Source: a virus (lineage: Duplodnaviria > Caudoviricetes). From it: a DNA stretch of 37,382 nt. Location: positions 1 to 37,382 of the IMG/VR virus record IMGVR_UViG_3300014202_000231. One strand, given 5' to 3'. This document shows positions 9,658 through 17,395 of the stretch, piece after piece. Within the stretch, counting starts at the first letter, position 1. Every line of letters starts with the position of its first letter. A program made the translations under genes and the position numbers. Under the pieces are notes generated by a model. The model was not told the origin of the DNA and ran no database searches. It saw nothing but the letters and a program-made list of their open reading frames with translations.

Positions 9658-10200
9658 ATGCAGCCGCCCTTCGTCGGCCCGTCCTACGACCTGGGGAGCC
9701 GGCCGGCCAGCGTCCAGCGCACCATCAACCTGGTGCCGGTGATGCTCGAGCCGGGCAACGAGCGGGCAGGGTGGGCCTTCGAGGACGTGCCGGGGTTCGT
9801 GGTCTTCGGCGTCGCGGCGGAGCTCATCCTCGTCAGCAACCCGTACCCGGTGATGTTCGACGACAGCGTGGGCATCACGCACGCCGCGCTGGGTGGCGAT
9901 CTCTACACCTGGCTGCCGGGCGAGGTGGATGTCACGCACGCGGTAGTCAGCGGGACGCTGTCGGACGTGCTGCTGACCTACGACGACTGGCCAGCGGAAG
10001 AGGTCGACGTGGAGCATGCGCTCACGGCCGGCGTTCTGACATTGGTGCTGCTGACCTATGACGACTGGCCGCCCGAGGAAGTGGACATCACGCATGCCCT
10101 TGCTGGCGGCACGCTGGCCGTGGTACTGCTGCGCTACAGCAACTGGCCCGTCGAGAACGTCGACGTGACGCATGCCTTGACCGGCGGGACACTCTCATGA
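9658..10200 (+). CDS. Tail adaptor A: gp10-like N-terminal segment fused to ~26-aa repeats
   Basis: N-terminus PFVGPSY...QRTINLVP...EPG...DVPG, followed by repeats such as TYDDWPxEEVDxxHALxxGxL. Confidence 0.75.
   Translation: MQPPFVGPSYDLGSRPASVQRTINLVPVMLEPGNERAGWAFEDVPGFVVFGVAAELILVSNPYPVMFDDSVGITHAALGGDLYTWLPGEVDVTHAVVSGTLSDVLLTYDDWPAEEVDVEHALTAGVLTLVLLTYDDWPPEEVDITHALAGGTLAVVLLRYSNWPVENVDVTHALTGGTLS
9970..10197 (+). repeat. Three imperfect 78-bp coding repeats
   Basis: ctgctgaccta[ct]gacgactggcc recurs at a 78-nt period; the third copy is diverged. Confidence 0.75.
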
Positions 10201-11156
10201 TCATTCGCCCCAACGCTGGCTTCATCATCCCGACGCGGCGCTTCGTCGATGTCGGCATGCCGACATCGAAGGTCTGCGCTGCTGGACGTTACCAGCTCGT
10301 CAAGCACGAGCGCGGCATCGAGCTCGAGCGTACGCCCTGGTTCGACAACATCATTCTCAATCAGGGGCTGGAGCGGTGGGGAACGAACTTCATCATCGCG
10401 GGGGCGGCCATCGGGACGGGCACGTCGACCCCTGATGTGACGCAGAACGGCCTGGACACGCAGACGCACTTCACGACGACGACGGGTACGGGTGACGGCT
10501 TAATTTCCGCCTTGGGGTCTAGTCCCTACAACAACACCCGCACCTTCGTCTTTCGCACGACGCTCGGGGCACTGAACGGCAATTACACAGAGGTTGGTGT
10601 CGGTTGGGCCAGCGGCGCCAATATGTTCAGCCGCGCGCTGATCCTCGATGGAGGCGGGTCGCCCACGTCGATCGCGGTGAACAGCGCGCAGCAGCTCGAC
10701 ATCGTGTACCAACTGAGCGTCTTCCCTCCGTTGATCGACATCGGGCCCGACGTGGTCACGATCAGCGGCGTGGACTACGACGTGACGGGGCGAGCGAGCA
10801 GCGTCAACGACACGTCGAGATGGCCGGTGCCGAACAACGCCATCACCTTCGGGTACAACGGGCAAACTGCATTCGCCGCATCCGAGACAATCGGCGCGAT
10901 CACCGCCGGCCCGACCGGAGGTGGATCTGGAACGGTGGGCACGCAGACGTCAGACGCCTACGTAGGCAGCTCGCTTCAGCGCACCGGCTACGAGTCCTAT
11001 TCGCTCGTCCAAGGCAACGAGTCAGGCGGCATAAAGGTGACGCGGGCGGGGTGGGCGTTCGGTGTCTTTCAGTACCTCTTCGATCCCGTCATTCCAAAGG
11101 ACGGCACCAAGACCCTGGTGCTGAACTACAGCATCAACTGGGCCCGCCGGCCATGA
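10197..11156 (+). CDS. Tail structural/fibre protein (319 aa)
   Basis: G/T/S-rich; WFDNIILNQGL...IGTGTSTP...NYTEVG...FSRALI...PVIPK. Recalled similarity to tail proteins of pilus-dependent phages, not verified. Confidence 0.7.
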   Translation: MIIRPNAGFIIPTRRFVDVGMPTSKVCAAGRYQLVKHERGIELERTPWFDNIILNQGLERWGTNFIIAGAAIGTGTSTPDVTQNGLDTQTHFTTTTGTGDGLISALGSSPYNNTRTFVFRTTLGALNGNYTEVGVGWASGANMFSRALILDGGGSPTSIAVNSAQQLDIVYQLSVFPPLIDIGPDVVTISGVDYDVTGRASSVNDTSRWPVPNNAITFGYNGQTAFAASETIGAITAGPTGGGSGTVGTQTSDAYVGSSLQRTGYESYSLVQGNESGGIKVTRAGWAFGVFQYLFDPVIPKDGTKTLVLNYSINWARRP

Positions 11157-11743
11157 GCCTGCCCGGCGACGCGCTCGACCCGATCGGCATCGCGGTGGAT
11201 CTGCTGCCGCCGGACGACGAGGGGCGGCCGTCGCTGGTCGAGGACTACGAACTGGGCGGCATCGCGCTCAACGACCCGTCGCAGGGCCTGATGGTGCAGG
11301 ACTGGCGCGCTCGGCTCGTTGGCGATGACGTGCGCGTCGGCCCGGAGCCGTACTCGTCCGAAACCACGGTCATCACCGACACCGACATCACCGAGGTGTC
11401 GTTGGCATTCGACCAAAACATGAGGCCGACGATCGGCTACATGGCCGACGGCGTGACCAAGCTCTACTGGTACGACACGGTGCCCGAGGAGCACGTCACG
11501 ACGGTCTTCAATGCCGAAGACCGCAGCCCGTTCGTGACGATGGACGACAAGCGCGCACCAGCGTCGCTGATCAACAGCAACGACGTGCTGTTCTTCTACA
11601 TCCGCGGCACGACGCTCTACTACCGCCAGCAGCGCGACCGCTTCCAGACCGAGCGAAGCCTGGCGACGGTCGGCGCCGATCAGCGCATCGTCAAGTGCGG
11701 CATGTCCCGCGCCCTGCGCGTGCAGGTTCACCTGGCTTCGTGA
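11153..11743 (+). CDS. Tail structural protein (196 aa)
   Basis: ATGA overlap; DYELGGIALNDPSQGL...SLAFDQNMRP...DDKR...RQQRDRF motifs. Confidence 0.75.
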   Translation: MSLPGDALDPIGIAVDLLPPDDEGRPSLVEDYELGGIALNDPSQGLMVQDWRARLVGDDVRVGPEPYSSETTVITDTDITEVSLAFDQNMRPTIGYMADGVTKLYWYDTVPEEHVTTVFNAEDRSPFVTMDDKRAPASLINSNDVLFFYIRGTTLYYRQQRDRFQTERSLATVGADQRIVKCGMSRALRVQVHLAS

Positions 11744-11985
11744 TGGCGACGATCCCATTCATCGGGCCTTCGTACAACCTGCGCCGGCGGCATCACTCGC
11801 TGCAGCGCTCGGTCAACCTCGTCCCGGTGCCGCTGGAGCCTGGGAACGAGCGCACGGCGTGGGTGTTCAAGGATGCGCCTGGGCTTTCCCTCTTCACAGC
11901 GTCAGTGGCCGGCGGCCCGCTCGCGCTCGACGGGACATGGCGCCTGAACGGCATTCAAGACCTGGACGCACTGCGCAATGGCTAA
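11743..11985 (+). CDS. Tail adaptor B: second gp10-like N-terminal segment plus an LDGTWxLNG motif
   Basis: TGATG overlap; 28 of 43 residues identical to the N-terminus of the 9658 protein. Confidence 0.75.
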   Translation: MATIPFIGPSYNLRRRHHSLQRSVNLVPVPLEPGNERTAWVFKDAPGLSLFTASVAGGPLALDGTWRLNGIQDLDALRNG

Positions 11986-12223
11986 CCTGACACCGACAGC
12001 AGGCTGGGACGATGTCGTCCAGCTCGAGACGACGACGCTGGCGCTGGCCGGCCCCGGCGCGATCATGAACGCGCAGGCGCAGGCGCTGCTCAACCGCACC
12101 GAAGACCTTGACGACCGCGTGACGGTGATTGAGGCCCTGCCAGGCGGCACCACCGTCATTGACGGCGGCCATGCGGATTCCACTTACGGGGCGATCGGCC
12201 CCATCGAAGGCGGGGGGGCATAG
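11978..12223 (+). CDS. Short tail-fibre adaptor (81 aa)
   Basis: MANL...W...QLET...N.QAQALLNRT..L resembles fibre N-terminal anchor domains; C-terminal IDGG...EGGGA. Confidence 0.75.
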   Translation: MANLTPTAGWDDVVQLETTTLALAGPGAIMNAQAQALLNRTEDLDDRVTVIEALPGGTTVIDGGHADSTYGAIGPIEGGGA

Positions 12224-12226
12224 AGC

Positions 12227-13510
12227 ATGCCGCAGCAGATTCAAATCCGACGCGACTCGGCGGCCGACTGGACAAGCGCGAACCCGACGCTCGCCGAGGG
12301 CGAGCTCGGCATCGAGCTCGACACGTCGAAGATCAAGATCGGCGACGGGTCGACGGCGTGGGCGTCGCTGGCTTACTACAACGCGGCGCTGTCCGACCCG
12401 GAGCTCGCGGCGATCGCCGGTCTGACCTCGGCCGCCGACAAGCTGCCCTACTTCACCGGCTCGGGGACCGCGGCGCTGGCGGACTTCACGGCCGCCGGCC
12501 GCGCGCTCGTGGACGATGCCGACGCAGCCGCCCAGCGCACGACGTTGGGCCTGGCCATCGGCGTGAACGTGCAAGCCTACGATGCCGAACTGGCCGCGAT
12601 TGCGTCCCTGGTGTCGGCGGCCGACAAGGGCATCCAGTTCACCGGCTCCGGCACGGCCGGTACCTTCGACTTGACGGCGGCCGGGAAGGCGCTGCTCGAC
12701 GACGCGGACGCATCGGCGCAGCGCACCACGCTCGGGCTCGCCATCGGAACCGACGTGCTGGCGCATGTTGCGCCGGGAACCTCCGGCAACCTCCTGACGA
12801 GCAACGGCTCGGCTTGGACATCGGCGGCGCCGGCCGCCGGCGGCGATATGGTGCTTGCCAGCACGCAAACCAACACCGGCGCCAAGACGTTCAACGACAC
12901 CACGTTGAAGATGGCCGGCAGCAGCAGCGGCGCCATCACGCTCGCAGCGCCGGCCGCCGCCGGCTCGGGCACGGTGACCTTCCCGGCCACCGGCACGCTG
13001 GCGACGCTCGCCGGGTCCGAGGCGCTCACGAACAAGACCTACAACGGCAACACGCTGACTGCCGGCACGTTCACCCTGACCGGATCGTCGGGCAAGACGC
13101 TGACCTTCAGCAACAGCATCACGCTGGCGGGTACCGACGGCACGACGATGACGTTCCCGCCGGCGTCGGCGTCGATCGGGTACCTGAACATCCCGCAGAA
13201 CAGCCAGAGCGCGGCCTACACCACGGTGCTGGCCGACGCCGGCAAGCACCTGCTGCACCCGAGCGCCGACACCACGGCGCGCACGTTCACGATCGACAGC
13301 AACGCCAACGTCGCCTACCCCATCGGCACCGCAATTACCTTCGTCAACCAAGATTCGGCCGGCGACTTGACCATCGCCATTACCACCGACACGATGCGGC
13401 TGGCCGGCGCCGGCACGACGGGCTCGCGCACGCTGGCTGCGAACGGTATCGCCACCGCACTCAAGGTCGCATCGACTGAGTGGATCATCAGCGGGACGGG
13501 ACTGACGTGA
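12227..13510 (+). CDS. Tail fibre with Mtd_N-like N-terminal domain
   Basis: IQIRRDSAADWTSANPTLAEGELGIELDT.KIKIGDG.TAW..L.Y; A/T/G-rich shaft with a duplicated unit. Confidence 0.88.
   Translation: MPQQIQIRRDSAADWTSANPTLAEGELGIELDTSKIKIGDGSTAWASLAYYNAALSDPELAAIAGLTSAADKLPYFTGSGTAALADFTAAGRALVDDADAAAQRTTLGLAIGVNVQAYDAELAAIASLVSAADKGIQFTGSGTAGTFDLTAAGKALLDDADASAQRTTLGLAIGTDVLAHVAPGTSGNLLTSNGSAWTSAAPAAGGDMVLASTQTNTGAKTFNDTTLKMAGSSSGAITLAAPAAAGSGTVTFPATGTLATLAGSEALTNKTYNGNTLTAGTFTLTGSSGKTLTFSNSITLAGTDGTTMTFPPASASIGYLNIPQNSQSAAYTTVLADAGKHLLHPSADTTARTFTIDSNANVAYPIGTAITFVNQDSAGDLTIAITTDTMRLAGAGTTGSRTLAANGIATALKVASTEWIISGTGLT
12401..12749 (+). repeat. Two imperfect coding repeats at a 186-bp period in the fibre shaft
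   Basis: ELAAIA...AADK...FTGSGTA...TAAG.AL.DDADA.AQRTTLGLAIG begins at 12401 and at 12587. Confidence 0.8.
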
Positions 13511-14178
13511 GCAAGTGGCGAATCGATGCGGATTCCGGGCTGGTACTGCCTTCGTTGCGGCGCCTCGCCATCCGAGATCGGCGCCTGCTCATGGGGGCTC
13601 CGCATCAAGCCCTGCTGATGATTGCGGCAGCGACGGGCGGTGTGGGGACGTGGAACGCAGCAGACAAGGACGCCGATATCACGTTGTCCAACGGCGATAC
13701 GACAGCCACCGGGACCAATGCCGGGGCAGTTAGAGGCCTGCAGGGCAGGGACTTGTCGGAGAACCGTTACTTCGAGGTCTACCTGCCCGACACCGAGCGC
13801 GGGCAGTCCAATACAGGGCTCATGCTGGCGGCAAGTTCGCTGGCAGCGGCGCCCGGGGCCGGCGACGGGTTCGGCGCGAGGCTCGCGGCTGGGCCATCGA
13901 TGGATACCTACTACAACGGCGGTGGGTGGAACTCACCATATGTGGGGTCTGGGGGCGCGTCCGTCGGCGGGGTAGACACCATTGGCGTCTGGATCAATGG
14001 CGGCGCGATCAAGTACTTCCTCAATGGCGCGACGAATGCAAGCCCAGACCAGACAGGCCGCACTGGCGTTGTGTACCCAGCGTGGGGTCGGATAAGCGGA
14101 ACCCCGTCCGCCACGCTGAACACGGGCGCCACAGCCTTTGTTTATTCGCTCCCCAGTGGCGCAACGGCGTGGGGATGA
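13507..14178 (+). CDS. Putative fibre-tip receptor-binding protein, SPRY/lectin-like beta sandwich
   Basis: GTGA overlap; TWN..DK...ITLSNG...YFEV...DTIGV...YPA...LNTG...F.Y.LPSG pattern; visibly less GC-biased codons. Confidence 0.7.
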   Translation: MSKWRIDADSGLVLPSLRRLAIRDRRLLMGAPHQALLMIAAATGGVGTWNAADKDADITLSNGDTTATGTNAGAVRGLQGRDLSENRYFEVYLPDTERGQSNTGLMLAASSLAAAPGAGDGFGARLAAGPSMDTYYNGGGWNSPYVGSGGASVGGVDTIGVWINGGAIKYFLNGATNASPDQTGRTGVVYPAWGRISGTPSATLNTGATAFVYSLPSGATAWG

Positions 14179-14181
14179 TAG

Positions 14182-15375
14182 ATGGCGCAAATTCGGGGCC
14201 TCTTCACCTTCAACGGCGTGTTGTTCGCCGTGAAGGAAACCGACCTGCTGCGCATCGACGGCGACGGCGCGGCGACGGTGCTGGGCACGTTGTTTTCGGC
14301 CGCCGGCCCGGTCGACTTCGAGCAGAACCTGACGCAGCTCGTGCTGACGGACGGAAGCTGGCTCTACGTGTGGGACGGCACGACGCTCACGACGACGGCC
14401 AACTGGACGGCCGGGGACCGCATCGCCTTCGTCGACCAGCGCATCGTCGGCATTCAGCGCGGCTCGCAGCGCTTCCAGTGGACGGCGCTGGGCGACGCCA
14501 CGAGCGCGGCCGCGCTGGACTTCGCCAGCGCCGAGGGATCGCCCGACAAGCTGGTGTCGATCCTGGCCGCGCAGCGCGAGCTGCTGCTTCTCGGAGAGGA
14601 CTCGTCGGAAATCTGGTATTCGGTCGGCGGGCTGGTGGTCTTCGAGCGGGCACAGTCGGAGTTCATCCAGTACGGGTGCGCCGCGCCATTCTCCGCGCAG
14701 CTCGTCGGCGGCATCCCGATCTGGCTCGGCCGCGACCGGCGCGGCCAGGCGCAGGTGCTCTCGGGCCGCGGCACGCGCATCAGCACGCGCGCCATTGAAG
14801 AGAGGTTCGAGGGCCTGGATCTTCTCTACGCGCGCGCCTACGCCTACAGCGACGGCGGCCAGCACTTCTACCTGTTGAACGTGCCCGGCGTCGACACGAC
14901 GCTGGTCTACGACATGACCTTCGGCCAGTGGCACGAGCGGGCCGAGCTGGTCAACGGTGAATATCGGCAGTGGCGGGCGACGTGTCACGCCTTCGCCTAC
15001 GGCTACCACTTCCTCGGCGCCGACGACGGGCTCATCTACAAGCTCGACCGCAACGAGCACACCTTCGCGGGCGACCCGAAGTGCCGCGACCGCGTGGCGC
15101 CGGTCATCAGCGAGCCGGGGCGCCGCCGGCTGCGCTTCCCGAGCCTCGAGGTCATCTGCGAGAAGGCCGAGGCCAAGAAGATCCTGCTGCGCTGGTCGGA
15201 CGACAACGGCGCCACCTGGTCGAACTGGCATGAGGCGACGAACGGCGATATCGGCCGCTACAGCCAGCGCGTGCGCTGGAGCCGCACCGGGTCGGCCTTC
15301 GACCGCGTCTACGAGATGCGCATGACCGACGACGCGCCCTTCAACCCGGTGGGCGTCAATGTGGAGATGGCCTGA
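14182..15375 (+). CDS. Tail nozzle/DNA-stabilisation protein (P22 gp10-like) lacking its usual N-terminal segment
   Basis: LDFASAEGSPD, LLGEDSSEIW, GCAAPFS, RISTRAIE, TLVYD...WHER, LRWSDDNG.TWS, G.Y..RVRW.R.G, RVYE....D motifs. Begins at IRGL. Confidence 0.85.
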   Translation: MAQIRGLFTFNGVLFAVKETDLLRIDGDGAATVLGTLFSAAGPVDFEQNLTQLVLTDGSWLYVWDGTTLTTTANWTAGDRIAFVDQRIVGIQRGSQRFQWTALGDATSAAALDFASAEGSPDKLVSILAAQRELLLLGEDSSEIWYSVGGLVVFERAQSEFIQYGCAAPFSAQLVGGIPIWLGRDRRGQAQVLSGRGTRISTRAIEERFEGLDLLYARAYAYSDGGQHFYLLNVPGVDTTLVYDMTFGQWHERAELVNGEYRQWRATCHAFAYGYHFLGADDGLIYKLDRNEHTFAGDPKCRDRVAPVISEPGRRRLRFPSLEVICEKAEAKKILLRWSDDNGATWSNWHEATNGDIGRYSQRVRWSRTGSAFDRVYEMRMTDDAPFNPVGVNVEMA

Positions 15376-15566
15376 TGGCGCAGATGCCGAACCCGTCCGT
15401 CGTGCCGCTGATCGGCACCGGCGGCTACATGCGGCCGGAGTGGGTGCGCTGGTTCGCCAGCGGCGCGGTGGATGAGGCCGCCGCGCTGGCCGCGCTCCGG
15501 GCCGAGCTGCTGGCGGTAATCGCCGCCCTGGAAGCGCGCGTGGCCGCGCTGGAGGCCGCGCCATGA
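15375..15566 (+). CDS. Small coiled-coil tail protein (needle position)
   Basis: TGATG overlap; PEWVRWF followed by heptads. Confidence 0.7.
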   Translation: MAQMPNPSVVPLIGTGGYMRPEWVRWFASGAVDEAAALAALRAELLAVIAALEARVAALEAAP

Positions 15567-15901
15567 CCGAAACCGCACGGTGCCTGCGCCAGGCCGGCTA
15601 CGTCCCGAACGCGCAGACGAGGCTGTACGCCGCGCCGGCCGGCACGCGCACGATCATCGACTCGATCATCGTCAGCAACGCCAGCGGCGGCGCGGTCACG
15701 TTGTCGCTCAACCTGGTGCAGAGCGGCGACGCCGCCGGGGCCTCGAACCTGCTCGTGGACGCCCTCTCTGTCGCCGACGGCGCGCTGGTGGCGCTGGCCG
15801 AGCTCGAGGGCCAGGTGCTGAACGAGGCCGACTTCATCAGCGCCATCGCCGGGGCGGCGGATTCCCTGGTCATCAGGATCTCCGGGCGAGAGGTGAACTA
15901 G
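15563..15901 (+). CDS. Small beta-rich structural protein (112 aa)
   Basis: ATGA overlap; LY.AP...TIID...N...ELEGQVL...ISGRE. Confidence 0.75.
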   Translation: MTETARCLRQAGYVPNAQTRLYAAPAGTRTIIDSIIVSNASGGAVTLSLNLVQSGDAAGASNLLVDALSVADGALVALAELEGQVLNEADFISAIAGAADSLVIRISGREVN

Positions 15902-15955
15902 ACACCACGCGGCTTTCCGGGTTAGTATGCGCTCACGTTAGCGGGCGCTCACTTG
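15899..15955 (+). promoter_or_regulatory. Predicted promoter for the ejection module with tandem GTTAG-N6-CTCAC boxes (15921-15936, 15937-15952)
   Basis: TAGACA-18 nt-TAGTAT; same tandem box plus TTG layout as 5603-5637. Confidence 0.6.
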
Positions 15956-16426
15956 ATGCGGATCACCGTCACTTACTCCGGGATGCTGGCTCCGGCGACG
16001 AAACCGCCGCCGAGCCGGGACCAGATTCAGCGCTTGCAGGCGGCCATGCTGCCGCTGCAGTGCGCGATGCCCGAGGCGGTGCACCACTTCGCCCCCGGCA
16101 TGTACGGGCGCGAGTTCTCGATGCCGGCCGGGATGGTCGTCGTCGGCAAGATCCACAAGCACGGCCACCTGATGATGGTCGTCAAGGGCCGCGCCACGGT
16201 GGTCGACGAGTTCGGCCGCTACGAGGTGGCCGCGGGCTACGTGCAGTCGTCCCGACCCGGGGCGAAGCGCGTGGTGTACGCGCACGAGGACACGACCTTC
16301 GTGACCGTGCACCTGAACCCCGACGACGCCCGGGACCTGGTGCAGATCGAGGCCGAGCACATCGAGCCGGAGGACCCAGACATGCAAGCGCTGATCGACC
16401 GATGCCGCCGTGAGGTGATGTCGTGA
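15956..16426 (+). CDS. Cupin-like protein
   Basis: HHFAPGMYGRE..MPAG...GKIHKH.H...GAKR...HED..F.TVH. Confidence 0.7.
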   Translation: MRITVTYSGMLAPATKPPPSRDQIQRLQAAMLPLQCAMPEAVHHFAPGMYGREFSMPAGMVVVGKIHKHGHLMMVVKGRATVVDEFGRYEVAAGYVQSSRPGAKRVVYAHEDTTFVTVHLNPDDARDLVQIEAEHIEPEDPDMQALIDRCRREVMS

Positions 16427-17394
16427 GCTGGGGCATGGTCGCCGTAGCCGGGGCGTCCCTCGTCGGCTCCAAGCTGCAGAGCGACGCGGCGAAGAAGGCC
16501 GCGGATCAGCAGGGCCAGGCCAGCCAGGACGCGGCGAACGCGCAGCTGCAGGGCGCCACCGAGGCGAAGGACGCATGGGGTAACGCCGTCGACCAGTCGA
16601 CCGAGGCGCAGCGCCAGGCACTGGCCGACTACCGGGCGATGCAGGAGGGCGCACTCGGCACCTCGCTGGACGCGCAGAACGCCGCCCTCGGCTCGATCAC
16701 CGCCGGCGCGCAGCCGTACATGGACACCGGCCTGGACGCCCTGCAGCGCCTGCGCCAGATGCTGGACATCAACCCGACGCCGGACGCGGCCTCGGTGATG
16801 GCAGAGCCCGGCTACCAGTTCGGCCTGCAGCAGGGCCTGGACGCCACGCAGGGCACCGCGGCGGCCCGCGGCGGGCTCTACAGCGGCCAGGCCCTGAAGG
16901 AACTGACGCAGTACGGCAACGACTACGCGACGACGAAGTATGGCGACGCCTGGAACCGGGCGCAGACCGACTACAGCAACCGCTGGAACCGCATCAGCGG
17001 CTTGATGAACATGGGCCGCGACGAGACGGCGCGCGTGGGGTCGGCGAACCAGACCTACGCCAACAACGTCGGCAACCTCGTGGGCGGCAACGCCAACCGG
17101 GTCGGCAGCGCGATGCTCGACAACGCCGGCAACCGCACGGCGCTCCTGACCGGGCAGGCCAGCGCCCTGGGCAACCTCGCCACCGGCACGGCCAACAACC
17201 TGGGCAACATCTGGACGAACAACGCCAACGCGCAGGGCGCCGCGGCGCTGCAGCAGGGGCAGATCTGGAGCAACGGGATCAACCAGCTGGCCGGCATCGG
17301 GTCTTCGTACCTTGGTGGGCAGCAAGGTGGAGGCGTCGCCGGGTGGCGCAACAACACCGGCACCGGGCCCGGCTACGACCCCTGGGCGGGCTGA
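16423..17394 (+). CDS. DNA ejection protein (gp7-like)
   Basis: Hydrophobic N-terminus; A/Q/N/G-rich; PGYQF...AARGGLYSG..LK motif. Confidence 0.8.
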   Translation: MSWGMVAVAGASLVGSKLQSDAAKKAADQQGQASQDAANAQLQGATEAKDAWGNAVDQSTEAQRQALADYRAMQEGALGTSLDAQNAALGSITAGAQPYMDTGLDALQRLRQMLDINPTPDAASVMAEPGYQFGLQQGLDATQGTAAARGGLYSGQALKELTQYGNDYATTKYGDAWNRAQTDYSNRWNRISGLMNMGRDETARVGSANQTYANNVGNLVGGNANRVGSAMLDNAGNRTALLTGQASALGNLATGTANNLGNIWTNNANAQGAAALQQGQIWSNGINQLAGIGSSYLGGQQGGGVAGWRNNTGTGPGYDPWAG

Positions 17395-17395
17395 C

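Noticed and set aside
12227-14178. Diversity-generating retroelement suggested by the Mtd_N-like domain
   Set aside because: No reverse transcriptase and no template/variable repeat pair differing at adenines was seen.
9658-14182. Invertible or excisable fibre cassette explaining the duplicated segment
   Set aside because: All genes are co-oriented, no invertase is present, the two copies are diverged at DNA level, and no repeat was seen at the start of 14182.
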